A DNA stretch of 64,000 nucleotides from Octopus vulgaris (GCA_951406725.2 OX597816.1:148738001-148802000), one strand, 5' to 3'; shown: positions 1 to 14,647, counted from the first letter of the stretch. Numbers and translations are program-made. The notes: a model not told the origin generated them from the sequence alone.

Positions 1-679
1 TCGAAGCTGTTGTTTATAAATATTCTTTTTCTTGCTAATTTTAAGGTAAAGTTTTACATTTGTGGGGTCACTTACTTCTATAACACTACATATTTTCTTT
101 ACTGTCCAAACAGCTATATCAGTTCTGTTGTGTTTCTTTTTTTTTTTTTTGCGTCATGTGTTTTCAATGGCCGAGTCCGTGTGGTATTTTTTGTGTCTAA
201 ACGTATACATGTACCTAATGTTATAAACGTCTTCTGTATTTTCAATCAGGTCGTCATTCTTATGATTGGCATGGTATATTGTTTTAGCAATGTTATGATA
301 GCTCATCGGAATGTAGTACATTAATACCATTCTCGGATAGTAGCTGATTACCGCCACAAATATGTGATATCTTCTACCCTTCATCATAACATGCATTCCA
401 GTACCGTTTGATCATGTATAAGTGACAAGTAATTCTACAAAGACGGCAAAACATCCTATCTCTATTAGAAGAGAATTATTCCAATTGACTCCCGCCTATT
501 CTACATGGTGTTAATACTTTTAATATATATATTAAGCCAAATTAGAAACGCAGAGACAGTTTTAGGAGCAAGCTTCATCGACCATAATCCCTGCCATTAT
601 ATGACAAAAACATTTCACACACCTATACACATAGTCAACATTGTACAACTCAGCCTAGATAATCATAAAAGACACACAC

Positions 680-840
680 GGAGAAATAACTACTTTAATT
701 GTCTTATTGACCGCAAGCACTGAGCTGCATTGCACACCACCAATCATAAGTGCACAGGAATAGCATCCCTTGCATGTGACCAAGCCCACCTTGCCTCCCT
801 CCACTGTGGCTCCACCTACAATGCAAGTTGTACATAGCGG
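680..840 (+). mobile_element. Degenerate gag/ORF1-like zinc-knuckle remnant of a retroelement
   Basis: Translates YFNCLIDRKH*AALHTTNHKC...LHCGSTYNASC, resembling decayed tandem CCHC knuckles; contains stops. Confidence 0.25.
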
Positions 841-1781
841 AGGATAAACAACTAGACATTGCCTGAAGCAGTTAACAGATTTATTAGAGGAACTGATATG
901 AATTTCCGGTTTAAAAATTCGCCAAGGCAAGTTTGAAGAGAGAAAAATTAATTAAAAACGCTAATGTTAAAGAAATTGAGATAAGAGAATTATAGCAAAC
1001 ACAGACTTACAACACTTAAGAATTAATGAACTAGACAGAGTACTTCACACACTAATGAAAGAAAAGGTCACAAGAGAATATAATAGACATTGCATTAAAC
1101 ATTAAAATGGTGCTAAATGTAAAACTTAACGTAATAGGCATCAATACTCCGGCTATCCCAGCAATATGTTATAATTACAATATTCTCAATTGTACAATAA
1201 GTAAAGTCGTAAAACTACACTGCGAAACTAAAAAATATTTTTACAATATACCATCCAATGTTTATAGATTATATTTAGCACGAATACAGAAATATAGGGT
1301 TTCACCGCAACTAGAAAACTTATAAAATATCCACTGTAGAAGTACAAAACTTTATAGTGGAGAATAAAGATAGACAAATAGAAATAGTAACAAACAAATA
1401 AGAGTATTCCATGTTTCAGGATACCTACAAATATAAAGCAGGAAACAAAGGAAATCAATAACAAATGTGTGAAAAGGCTAAAATCTAAGTTTAAAATGCA
1501 GTTAGTATGCCATGCTATAATGATTTCAGGAAAAATATTCATGACCAATTACCTGAAGAAAGTAAACTTCGGTGAAATAGATGAATATATATTTTAGCAT
1601 TCCTTGAAAGGTGTAAGACTGGAAGCTGTACAGATCCAAAGCCGTCTCACTCGAAACCGCCAAACGCTTTTAATAACACAAAATACATTCATTAACTGCG
1701 AATTATGTGGATAATGGGAATAAATAACTAACCATATTATTTTTGGCTGTCCAGTCTTAGCCTAAAGAGTATACATACACA

Positions 1782-1782
<1 letters not shown>

Positions 1783-1862
<80 letters not shown>

Positions 1863-1885
1863 TATACACACACACAGACACACAC
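1783..1885. repeat. (CA)n microsatellite
   Basis: Directly visible. Confidence 0.95.
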
Positions 1886-2395
1886 GCATTTGAGTGTATG
1901 TGTATATATGCCTATACATAGATACACGCACATACATGTGTGAGTGTCTGTCTGTCTGTATGTCTTTGCTTCTGTGTGAGTGCATTACAGATTGAGGGGT
2001 TTCACGTACTGGCAATTATGTTATCCTTAAAAATATCGTCAGAAAGAGATAATATAAACATGCGTGAGAAAAAGTCCCCAGAGAATAATAAAACAATTAC
2101 AGACTTGGATCTTGGATATCTCAATCCAAAAAGAGAGATCTGAGTTATATTGTTGCCAACAACCTGTAAGAAAGTACGTGTCAAAGTACGATAATGCATC
2201 TCTAAAAGAAATTAAGAAATTATCTGAATTATGTAAATGTTTTCGGTCGCTTTCCATGTTGACTGTTCAGTTGTTCGATTTACTTCATGGCCTACTCACG
2301 GAATTAACGTGTGGAGTGGCTGAGTATTCTGAGTATCCTACAAATGCGTGTAACTTTAATGTAATTCTCAAGAGGAATCAGCGTGACTTGGTGTA

Positions 2396-2682
2396 CTAAA
2401 GTCAACCTCTGTGAAATTTGAACTCAAACCATAACGATGGGCGAAATGCTTATTTCTTTACTACCCACAAGGGGCTAAACACAGAGAGGACAAACGAGCA
2501 CAGACAAACGGATCAAGTCGATTACATCGACCCCAGTGCGCAACTGGTACTAAATTTATCGACCCCGAAAGGATGAAAGGCAAAGTCGACCTCGGCGGAA
2601 TTTGAACTCAGAACGTAACGGCAGACGAAATACCCCTAAGCATTTCGCCCGGCGTGCTAACGTTTCTGCTAGCTCGCCGCCT
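2396..2682 (-). mobile_element. tRNA-derived SINE family A (one full unit plus partial second unit)
   Basis: Reverse complement of GGCGGCGAGCT..GAAACGTTAGCACGCCGGG..GAGTTCAAATTCC (B-box-like)..GCCTTTCATCCTTTCGGGGTCGATAAA, repeated many times in the window. Confidence 0.9.
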
Positions 2683-3092
2683 TACAATGCTATTTAATTA
2701 CATGTACAAGACATCTATCAGTCTTTCAAACAGCTCCCATCTACCCTGTTTTCTTTAAGGCTTGAGTCACCCTAGGTTATGGTATTAGACACTTGCCCAA
2801 GATGGCACACAATGGGGCCGAAACTAGGGCTGCAGCCATACAGCGTCTACGTATTACATACCATAGAAAACGCAAATGGTTTCCTCCATCGCACCTTGTG
2901 TGCCTTTGATGGGGTACACTGTGTTGCAAGCATTTGGGCCAGGTTTACGGACTAAAGATATTACCCCACTCCTACTTTCTCCGGCTAGTCTCAGAGGCCT
3001 TGGGAAAAGTAATGGGCTCTGCCCTTCACCCCTCTGACTAATCCATCAAAAAAATACAGAGCTTAAAGTGCATAATATAATTAAAACTATTG

Positions 3093-3093
<1 letters not shown>

Positions 3094-3175
<82 letters not shown>
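3094..3175. repeat. (AAT)n microsatellite
   Basis: Directly visible. Confidence 0.95.
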
Positions 3176-3177
<2 letters not shown>

Positions 3178-3493
3178 TAGGGAAAGCAGAGCAATTAAAT
3201 AGATGAGAGGAGTTGATGGATATTAAAGAAGCTGTAGCAACACTAGAAGCTGTTACAATTGTTGTAATTGATCGATACGTTCGCCTCTCGATGACACTTA
3301 GCCATTGCATCCACAATATGGAGTAATGATAATATATAAAGATATCGACTACATCGTAAACGTAAACAACAGAAAAATATATTGATTTCTATGTATCTCT
3401 ATGTGTGCGTATCTATGTGTTTTTATATACACATATATAAATTCATGTGTATACATCTACAAATATATATTGTGTGCGTGTGCATGTGTGTAT

Positions 3494-3525
<32 letters not shown>

Positions 3526-3939
3526 TGATCGATAGAAAGATAGATAGACAGATAGATTTGATATATAAAAGATATATATATGTAACTATGTGAGTGTGTG
3601 TATGAGTGTGTCTGTATGTGTGTGTGTGTGTGTGTGTGTGTAGCTGTAAGCGTGCATCTGTGTGCATGCATGTGTGCGTGCATGCATGGATATGCTAATG
3701 TGTACGTTTGTATAAACAATCTAATCTCGCGCCATAACATGAGAAAACTTATATATTTGTCAATACATATACATGTGTGTGTGATGGTAAGTAAACAGAG
3801 GGAAATGAAGGATAGTGTCAGAGTTATGCACATGTATGTTTTCAATTAAGTATCAAAGATAAGATAACGTCCATATTTTCCGTGTGGTGAAAGGGCACCT
3901 GTGTGTTGTGTTCATGTTCAGTAAGAATGGCGATATATA

Positions 3940-4300
<361 letters not shown>

Positions 4301-4555
4301 TAAAGATCAGTACGATGGAAACCTGGGAATAAACGGGAAGACAAACAATACTGAAAATTGGAAATATGACAGATAGAGTTACAGAAATATATGGAAAGAA
4401 AAGAAAACAGAAAACGAAGAACGTGTAATTTTCTAAACAAAAGGCTGAATATTTTGATATGTTCCTTGGTCACAGATACTCTACGTAGGTGAGTGGATAT
4501 TGCATGAGACAACCAGCTGAAAGGTCGCCTGTTCATATCCCACAACCTGCACTGC

Positions 4556-4675
<120 letters not shown>

Positions 4676-4877
4676 CGAGTGTGTGCGGAAATAAAAAGCT
4701 AACACAGTATTTCAACAAACCCCACATTATACACAGATATTTCCACATACTCCCTGATCAAGTGATAACGTCCTTCAGCAAATTCATACGTATAAAATAA
4801 CAAGTGATACAAAACATAGGAATTCAAGCGTTTAAGTTAAGAATCAACAACACAAAGCACCACAATAACATAATGGT

Positions 4878-5077
4878 TTCAAATTTCGGTACAAAGTCAG
4901 CAATTTTAGGAGTGGTATAGCCGATTATATCGACTCCGATACTTGACAAATAATTCATCATATCAACCCCGAAGGGAAAGGCAAATTTGACTTCGGCGTC
5001 ATTTGAACTCAGGGCGTAAAATCTAGAAGAATTACCGCCAGGCATTTTGTCACACGCGGTAATGATTCTGCCAGCTC
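4878..5077 (-). mobile_element. SINE family A, diverged copy
   Basis: ATCAACCCCGAAGGGAAAGGCAAATTTGAC..ATTTGAACTCAG..CTGCCAGCTC matches family A with many substitutions. Confidence 0.75.
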
Positions 5078-5786
5078 CCCGCATTGAACACTACAATAAG
5101 CTTATACAACTATACGTATCACTAACAACTTCACTAACCTTCTTACCGGGCTATGCAACTATACACTTCAATCAATATCTCCAAAGACATCCAGCAGCAA
5201 CCATTTTGGAGGAGACTTCAAAGTACACAAACAGTCTAGTACAAAAGCAATAACGAAAAAGCTCGAGTTAACTTCACAGTAGCAACACAATTCCCTTTAC
5301 GTTGCAAGCGCATCAACACACCAGCATATTCATCAACCTGACTTAATAATTCCCCTCACCCCTCTGGGTATCACTTTTTGATCAACACACCTATACAGCA
5401 AAGAAAATTCTCATCTTTTCCAACAACCAATTTATCTGCATGTACTTACACACCAATGGACAAAGCAAAACCACTTTCTTAAATTCTTTCTTAAATTCAC
5501 AAACTCAACACTACCCAATCACCGACGTAAATACGACAGCGCATACAATCAACTGAATAACTCGAGAAACAAAGCTTTCAAAGTTGTGGCCACTGGAAAA
5601 GTAACATACTTTTACAGTGTAATATAAAATTCAACGTTTTCTACACAATCCAAACAACCAATACAAGAAAAACAGCGTCAAATAACACGTAAACAAGGCA
5701 CACAACTTAAATAAAATTCAGTGTCAAGCAATTGACAAGGAAATAACTAAAAAAAAAAACTAAAATAAATTGGTAACATTCTTATA

Positions 5787-6947
5787 CAGAGTCTTGCAAA
5801 TAAATTGAGACCAATTTTAAGCAGTTGGCTAAGTGGGTTTAGCATTTCATTTTTTGACAAAACCTTGCTTGCTTGAAAATCTAATCCTCTTCTTTATTTT
5901 CCCGGTAAATAGCGAACTGATTTGACAACAGAAAGTCATGGAACAACAGAATCGTTCCGCCCTTGTTGTTTTGGTGCGCGACGGGCATACTGTCAAAAGC
6001 AACAGTTTATCGTGTGTATAAACAATTTTAAGAAGAGGGAAAGATTGATAGAAAAGAACACAGACTTGAAGTGATTCCAAGCGCAATCCAAAGTTTCTCG
6101 CTGGCCTCAAACGATCGATTGAAGCCAATCCATCCACATCCATAACAACTCTTGCAATGAAACGCAATGTGTTCCGCTCCACAGAATCCAGATCTGTGAT
6201 AAAGAATCTTGGCATGACTAGCTATGTTCGACGACGCTGTCACCTCCTAACAGCCAAGGCCAAAGCAATCATAGCCGAGAGATGGCCAAAGTGCAGAAAA
6301 ACACTCGTGTTTATAGACGAGAAGTTCACTGTAGACGCTGAAGTGAATCGCAGAAATTCTCGAGTGGTTGCTTACAACCCTTCTGACGTCCCCACTATGT
6401 TTGAGACTAAGATGGTATTTGAAGCCGTGGCGATTGATAGAAGTGTCATGGATCCACACTTCATTGACTCTTGCTTGAAGATCGGTACAAAGTAGTATCT
6501 GGACATTCTGAAGAACTCTCTGTTACCTTGGCTGGAATAGAAGTTTGGGCTTGACAATGTGGTGCTTATCCAGGATTCTGCACTATGCCATCGGTCAAAA
6601 GCAACTCAGGCCTTCTTTGGTGAGAAGGTGCCATTTTTTGTGAGGGCCAAAATCTGGCCCAGTAATAGCCCAGATCTCAACCTTCTCGATTACTTTTTAT
6701 GGGGCGTACTTCAAGCAAGGACCTATGCTTCATCACACTCGAGCGTCATGCGTGCGACACACAAAATCAAAAAGGCGGAGGTTGCGGCAGCTGAAAAAAT
6801 TTCGTTCTCATATGGAGGCAGTAATTGCCCAAAAGGACAGCCATATTGAGTGATAAATGTTTTTGTTGTAATAAATGTTACATTAAAATTATATCTGACT
6901 ACTACCATTGTTTTAATAATTATAACCAGTTTTATGCACCCATACGG
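5787..6947 (+). mobile_element. Tc1/mariner superfamily DD37D (maT-like) transposon relic, frameshifted transposase
   Basis: Fragments FIDEKFTV..NSRVVA, QDSALCHRSKATQAF and WPSNSPDLNLLDYFLWG; 37 residues between 2nd and 3rd Asp; TA at 5785-5786; right terminus degenerate. Confidence 0.85.
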
Positions 6948-6959
6948 ATAAACCTAACG

Positions 6960-7655
6960 GTTGGCAGATAGTTTGCCAACTCCTCCTTAATTTCTTCCTG
7001 AGAGAAGACCTTGATGGTGTCGGGGACCCTGGAATATGTCCTTAACACCACCGTTCTCTCCGTATAATTTTTCAACCATTCTTTGGGGGCCACAATTTGC
7101 TACTCCAAAGCGGATTTCACAGTTGCCATGTTGATAGCCAAAACAAAAATAAAAATCCACAAACAAAAATCAAAATGTTCAAATGAAAGTCTATAAAGAA
7201 ACTCAAAAAAGATCAGAAAGACAGACAGAAGAAGAAAGAGCGAAGGAAGATAGTCCAAAATGGCAACACAACACAACACAATTCTGCTACTCTGGTAATC
7301 CCAAACTGGTAGTCCTTCGCATCACGAATAGTATTCCGTCCTACTCTGGCTGTACTCTTATCCTTTATGGTAAAAATCCACTAGAAAGTGCACAAACACA
7401 GTCATAGAAAATTCCAAAAAATTTTCGGAGGACACGCCTTCCAAAATAAACACAATTCTCACTACGGAGTGAATCTTCTTGCACGACCACTGGCAAATAA
7501 ATGCCTGGAACCCAGTGGAGACCCCTGTTCGAAGAAAATACTTAAATACAAACAGCAGACCCCACTAAGCTCCAAAAAAACAAATGCTTCAACTATGGTC
7601 GTGCTTCAAATGTTCAATTTTTCACGTACGACGCGACTTCCACCGCGACGATAAA
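6960..7655 (-). mobile_element. 5' end (UTR plus ORF1 start) of a Tx1/L1-like LINE, truncated
   Basis: Minus strand reads MATVKSALE*QIVAPKEWLKNYTERTVVLRTYSRVPDTIKVFSQEEIKEELANYL, similar in pattern to the ORF1 N-terminus at ~62.2 kb. Confidence 0.4.
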
Positions 7656-7667
7656 CAACGCGACAAC

Positions 7668-7713
7668 TTGGTAGCAGTAAGCAAGCTACTTACCACACAG
7701 CCACTCCTGCGCC
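7668..7713 (-). mobile_element. SINE family B, 5' head fragment
   Basis: Reverse complement of GGCGCAGGAGTGGCTGTGTGGTAAGTAGCTTGCTTAC, as at 33573. Confidence 0.8.
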
Positions 7714-7796
7714 CTACTTACCACACACACAAATTTATCTTTGTAAGTATATATAAATTTGTATCCATGCATGTATATCATATGTATATATGCATA

Positions 7797-7871
<75 letters not shown>

Positions 7872-8475
7872 ATGTATGTATATATATATATATGTATATA
7901 TGCATATATATAAACATACATATATATATATATATATATATCACGACTTCAAAAAGTTAAGCTTAAACATAAAATCCCCACTTTCATTATCAATTACATG
8001 ATTTCATTTATATTAATCTTTATAATTTCTGTGTATGCGTATGCGCGTGTGAGTGTGCGAGCGCGTGGGTGTGTACGTGTGAGTGCGCGAGCGCGTATGT
8101 GTACTAATGAATTTAAAGAAAGGAAGAGAAGTGTGGTAGAAAGCGAGTCATATGCCTGTGTATGACTGTGTATACGAGAGAGAGTGTGTGTACGTTTATA
8201 TATATGTAATATATATATATATATATATATGCACTTGTGTATTCATGCCTGTATGTATGTATGTATGTATGTATGTATGTATCTTTGTAAGTATGCATGC
8301 CTGTATGTATGTATGTATGTATGTATGTATGTATGTATGTATACACCTACGCACACCGAGTGAGTTTATTTGGTAATTAAGAATGAAGTAATATAGAAGG
8401 TGAATATTGTTTTATGATGCACACGCTTTTCTGAAAAGCAATATATGTATATATGTAGGTATGTATGTATGTATG

Positions 8476-8555
<80 letters not shown>

Positions 8556-8558
8556 TGC

Positions 8559-8950
8559 ATGCGTGGTTGTGTGGTAAGGAGTATGCTTTCCATTTACATG
8601 GTTACCGGTTCATTCTCACTGCGTGGCACTTTCGGCAAGTGTTTTCTACTATGACATCCGGCTGAGCAAAGTCTTGTGAGTAGATTTGGTAGATGGAAAC
8701 TGAAAGGAATATGTCGTGTATGCATGTGTGTGTGAGTGTGTGTGTGTGTGTGTTCGTCCTTCACCACCGCTTGACAACCGGTGCTGGTGTGTTTACGTCT
8801 CCGTAAATTACCGGTTCGACGAAAGCGGGCGATAGAATAAGTGCCAGGCTTTAAAATAGATAAGTATTGGGGTCGATTCATTCAACTAAAAATCCTTCAG
8901 GGCGATCCTCCAGCATGGTCGCAGTTCACTGACAGAAACACGTAAAAGAT
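8559..8950 (+). mobile_element. tRNA-derived SINE family B, diverged near full-length copy
   Basis: GTTGTGTGGTAAG..CACTGCGTGGCAC..GGATTTGGTAGA..GCTTGACAACCGGTGCTGGTGTGTTTACG..CCAGCATGG, collinear with 33573-33980. Confidence 0.85.
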
Positions 8951-9388
8951 ACATAGCATCAGGGGCGATAACTATCTGGTGGTTGTCGTGTTGGTGGCTG
9001 TGGTGTTGTTGGTGGTGGTAGTTGTGGTGTTGTTGTTATTGTTGTTGTTGTTGGTGGTGGTGGTGGTGGTGGGGATGGCATGAAATGCGAGGCTGTCATG
9101 ACAAACCCATTCGTATCTAACAGAATATTTATAAACACAGATGTGTGTATTGAAATAGTTGCATTAGTGTATATATGTATGTGTGTTTATGCATTTATAT
9201 ATGTATGTGTGTCTCTTCACACACACTCACACATACACACACGCATTTATTTCAGAGTATATATATGCGTATATATCTGTATGTATGCATTTATTTGTGT
9301 GCTAGAATATTTACGTATGTGTATATGCATGGTTTGTATGTAAATATATGCTGAATATCCACCATACATGTATATATATATATATGTG

Positions 9389-9435
<47 letters not shown>

Positions 9436-9545
9436 CATGCACATTTATTTGTGTGCTAGAATATTTACGTATGTGTACATGCATGGTTTGTATGTAAATA
9501 TATGCTGAATATACATCCATACATGTATATATATATATATGTGTA

Positions 9546-9608
<63 letters not shown>

Positions 9609-9671
9609 TTATGATGCACACGCTTTTCTGAAGAGCAATATATGTATATATGTAGGTATGTATGTATGTAT

Positions 9672-9706
<35 letters not shown>

Positions 9707-11338
9707 CATTCATACATGCACATGTGTGTACAAATGTGTATGTGTAAAAGTGTGTGTAGTGTGTGTTGTGTGTGTGTTTGTATTATCCACCATCGCTTTG
9801 GAAAAATTAATTATGATAAATGCGTTTTATTTATGTTAAAACTTTTATAGAAGATGAAATTTATAAGATAACTAGCAAAATGTAAAACGATTCATACATG
9901 TATGTGTACTTGTAAAATGTGTATGTATATGTAAATTTAAAATATTACCTGCATGATAGGAGTTCTCATGCCTCGAATATTGTAATATTGTGATATTATC
10001 TTTTATTCTTTCTTTTTATCATTTTGTTTTCTTTTTGCCTTGACAAGTTTTATATAAAGCATGTTACATGAATTAACAAGCTCCATGAGATGGGAACAAC
10101 TGTGAACGCAAATAATTGTAGAAGATAATTAACAATTTTTATGTCATTAATTTTAGTGAAGGTGTTTTCATGTTTTATCAAGTATAAATTATATTTATTA
10201 TAGTGTATTTCTCCGAGGCAAATATCGTAGCTTCAAAGTATCAAAGTATACAAGGCAATTCTGTGTGCGATGCAAAGAGGTAAACATTTTCTTTTATTCT
10301 ATTCACCATATTTATACGCTAATATTAATGAAATGTCTACACAGATTTCAGTATAAAATAAGCAGTTTCCACATATAAAATAACAAATGAAGTAAAAGGA
10401 AATTTTGTGCACATGCGCATGTATATAATGATGAGTTCTTTTTTGTTGTGTTTTTGTTGGTGTTTTTGGTTTTTTTGCATGTCGAAATAAATAGCAGACA
10501 TAATCATAACAAAGTAACCTATTTTTAAAGTAGTTTCATTATTTTTGTTCCTCTCTAAATTTGTCTATAGGTGAAATTTCGTGCATGAAATGGCTGTGTG
10601 GTTAATTTTTTTTTTAAGGCTGCAGATGTTGCATAGAAAAATAAACATACAGACATATATATCTCTCTTAAGCATAGAAAGATATTGATGCACGCGCGCG
10701 CGTGTGTGTATGTGTGTAAACTAACGTAGTAGATATATAAAGATGTAGTAGATATATAAACGTAGTGGATATATAAACACGTAGTAGATATATAAATCAA
10801 TTTTTCCGTAGATTGAAAAAAAAATTATAAACAGCATTGTCTGATTTTCAACCCTCGTTAGCTTCTCATCAGGAGTGTGTAATTACTTGACCAATCCAGA
10901 GAAAAGCAAGTAGCCAACCCGTATATGTACACATCATATTAATTATTTCCAGAGAACTGGAGCTGTTGATTAGCACTCTATAAGTGGTTAACTTTTTATG
11001 TGGGGCCAATCAACTAGGAACGCAGTCCACATAGTATCATGGTATGTTATAATATATGCAAATGTGCAAAGTAGACATACTAAGAGGTCAAATTTACCTA
11101 TTTCTCCGAGGATTGAAAACATTATGAACGGCCTTAATTAATTTTCTTTATACTAATAACTGTTACACTTTAAATATGTGCCAATGCTTCCACAGGTATA
11201 TATCTTATATATACTAATATTGTATTAACACACATATGTACACACACATATACGTATATATATTTATGAATATGTATGCATATGTAATCGTATATAATAT
11301 ACTCTATATTACACACACATGCACATACACACAGATTT

Positions 11339-11339
<1 letters not shown>

Positions 11340-11432
<93 letters not shown>
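11340..11432. repeat. (GATA)n microsatellite
   Basis: Directly visible. Confidence 0.95.
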
Positions 11433-11433
<1 letters not shown>

Positions 11434-11732
11434 TATGTATGTATGTATGTATGCATGTATGCATATATGCATGTATATATGTACGTGTGTATATTGAAGG
11501 TACAAATCTTCTCAATGATAGTCTAATTTGATCTGAAATTCACTAGTCTACTCTACAGAGAAGAATCAAGTCAATCATTGTAAGGAATTATCTCTATATA
11601 TAAATATATACATTCTTCACTTGTAAATGTTATAAATTTTATTCTTCACAAGAATTTTTAATGAGAAGTTGTTGAAAGATATTTTGGCAGTATGGACGAC
11701 TCAACCTTCCAATAAAAGCATGCGCGCTGTAT

Positions 11733-12014
<282 letters not shown>

Positions 12015-12137
12015 TTTCAAACATATAAGGGATGGCCATAATAGGACATCCGACTCACTAGAAAGAGCAGTTAAACTCCAAACCACTAATAGTTGTAGTT
12101 CTGAAATGGGAAGAGAAATAAAAACGTTTACCCTATC

Positions 12138-12221
12138 CTTTCTGGACTATGCATAGTTTCGGCAATCTATTGTAAATAAAATAAATTTATGTACGACTGG
12201 CGTTGCCTCTTCAGCAGAAAG
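12138..12221 (-). ncRNA. Type I hammerhead ribozyme, apparently intact
   Basis: Minus strand: CTTTCTG-CTGAAGA-GGCAA..TTGCC-GAAAC-TATGCATA-GTC-CAGAAAG. 7-bp stem I, full core, G-C-closed stem II, palindromic stem III, GUC site. Confidence 0.85.
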
Positions 12222-12313
12222 CCAAGAACTAGCATATAGGCACGAGGCGATAATAACCATGCCTCGAGTCTATATGTTATAACTTTTCAAAATCCACCAC
12301 TCTCGCACGGTTT

Positions 12314-12392
<79 letters not shown>

Positions 12393-12502
12393 ATATATAA
12401 TTGAGATTCAAATGAATCAGGTACTTAAGTTGAGGCGCAAAAATTTGTGCGGTATCCGTAGAATTTCAAAATAAGGTGAATAAAATCAAAATAAGCAACA
12501 TG

Positions 12503-12690
12503 ATATCCAGAAGTGATGCAGTAAGACTGTTTCAAGCGGCTCCATTTAATTGAACAATGCAATCATTACATCAATTTAAATGCAGAGCTATCCTCAGTTG
12601 CATAAATAAATAAATAGAATTAATTTAATCAGTCGGACACATTTGTATAATTTTACTCAAATCCTCTAATAGGGTAAGAAGACAAACAAA
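12503..12690 (-). mobile_element. Penelope-like terminal repeat (pLTR), inverted relative to the adjacent RT, with degenerate hammerhead at 12516-12603
   Basis: Homologous to arms of foldback 25937-26346; minus strand ATGCAA-CTGAGGA..GAAAC-AGTC-TTA-CTGCAT. Confidence 0.7.
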
Positions 12691-14315
12691 CCAGGAATAT
12701 TGGTCCCAGCAGATAAAACTGGAAACTTATATAGACTGGACTGTGCCACCTATAGGAAACTATTAATGAAGGAACTTAACGCTAAGTATAAAAAAACAAC
12801 GAATAAGAATCTATCAGACATTAACTTAGAAGTTAAGGAAGTTATGCTGGAATATGACTTAGCGGACAGGACAAAATCCTTAAAACCAAATGAACCAAGA
12901 ATTAACCTCAAGGACCACAGAAGAACTTCCATAATAATCCTACTGTGAGACTAATTTGCCCGACTAAGTCTGATATTGGTCGACTTAGCAAATCTATTCT
13001 GGAAACTATACTACCCCTTATAATTCCCAACCTATCTCTCAAATTATGGTTTGATACGGATGAAGTAATACATTGATTTAAATCCATTAAAAACATAATA
13101 ATTATTCTTTTATTCAATTTGACATTAACAGTTATTATTCCAGTATATTCCCTATTCTTCTCAAAAAATCTCTAATTTTCGCAAAAAACCTCTCTCTTAT
13201 AACTTGAGATGAAATTGACATTATTCTTTTAGCTAGGAGGACTATCATAGAATTTTGAGGGTAAGCTTTGGACTAGGTCTGATACCCCTGAAAATTTCGA
13301 TATAGCTATGGGCTCGAGTGATTCGGCCGAAATCACTAATCTAGTTGGTGCGTGTCTTTTAAGGTGCCTCAATAGAGAAATCCCTGAATTCCAGGGAGGT
13401 TTATATAGAGATGATGCTCTATTTATCATCACTATCAACAACGAATCAGTCATAGAAAGATTGAGAAAAAGAATTAGACAATTTTTTAATAACTTCAACT
13501 TAGGTATTACGTATGAATATGGCACAAAGGTAGTAATTTTTTCAGATACTACTTTAGACATTAGCTCGGGATTATACCACCTCTATAGGAAACCAGGTGA
13601 AGTTACGAGATACGTGAGCAAATTATCAAATCACCCCGTAGTGTGTTAAAATCGGTAGTTAAAAGTATTTCTAGGAGAATTACAAAATTCTCAGCAAATA
13701 ATGATATTTTTAATACCCATTCCCACCACTACAATTTTGCTTTGTCTAAGGCAGGATATGACCAGGAAATTACTTTTCTTAGTCCTGAAAGTCTAGCACC
13801 TTTTAATAGTGGAAATGGTGAGTGTTTGAGTAATAGAGGGACTAGAAATTTACTTAGTTGTGAAAAAATACCAAATGAAAAAGTATCCTACAAACTCAAC
13901 AATTTAATTATTAATAGAATAAGCAACAACAAGAAATTGGATGCTAAAACGGGAACGAAGCTTATATTAGATAATAAAGATAGTGATGAGAAACTCCTCC
14001 CTACATAGATATGAAAACTACTGGAAATAGGAACACACCTAATAATCAAGTCACGATTCTAGGGAACAGGTAGAACAAGTAGATCCCGCCCTTACTTACA
14101 CCGTAAGTTTGAAAGTAAGGACTTCGTCTGGTTCAATATCCCTTACAACTGTGCCATATTCACAAACATATATATGAAATTTTTGGCTATTTTAGAAAAA
14201 CACTTCCCTACTTCCCATATATATAACAGAATCTTTTCGCATAGAATCTCGTATTCTACTCTTTCCAATATGGGTACCATCATAGCTAGATTAAATAAGA
14301 ATATAACATTATCAA
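12690..14315 (+). mobile_element. Penelope-like retroelement RT region, frameshifted pseudogene
   Basis: Motifs VPADKTGNLY, NPTVRLICPTKSDIGRLSK, FIQFDI, FDIAMGSSDSAEITNLVG, GLYRDDAL, SISRRITKFS, VWFNIPY, KFLAILEKHFP across several frames. Confidence 0.9.
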
Positions 14316-14321
14316 GAGGTG

Positions 14322-14410
<89 letters not shown>

Positions 14411-14478
14411 GAAGATGATGATGATGATGATGATGATGATAATAATAATAATAATAATAATAATAATAGTAATAATAG
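14322..14478. repeat. (AAT)n/(GAT)n compound microsatellite
   Basis: Directly visible. Confidence 0.95.
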
Positions 14479-14647
14479 TACTGTCAGCTATAACGTAAAC
14501 CTCCAAAATGAGAATAACAATATTAATAAAGAAGTGGAAAATAGAAATGGTGGTGTTAATACTTCTAATATACACAATATAGATTGTAGCTCTGGTGCCT
14601 ATACTAGCATAGATATACTTTCATATAGCTCTGGTGCCTATACTTTC

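Noticed and set aside
1550-1590. CTGAAGA..GAAA on plus as hammerhead
   Set aside because: No NUH site and no stem I pairing.
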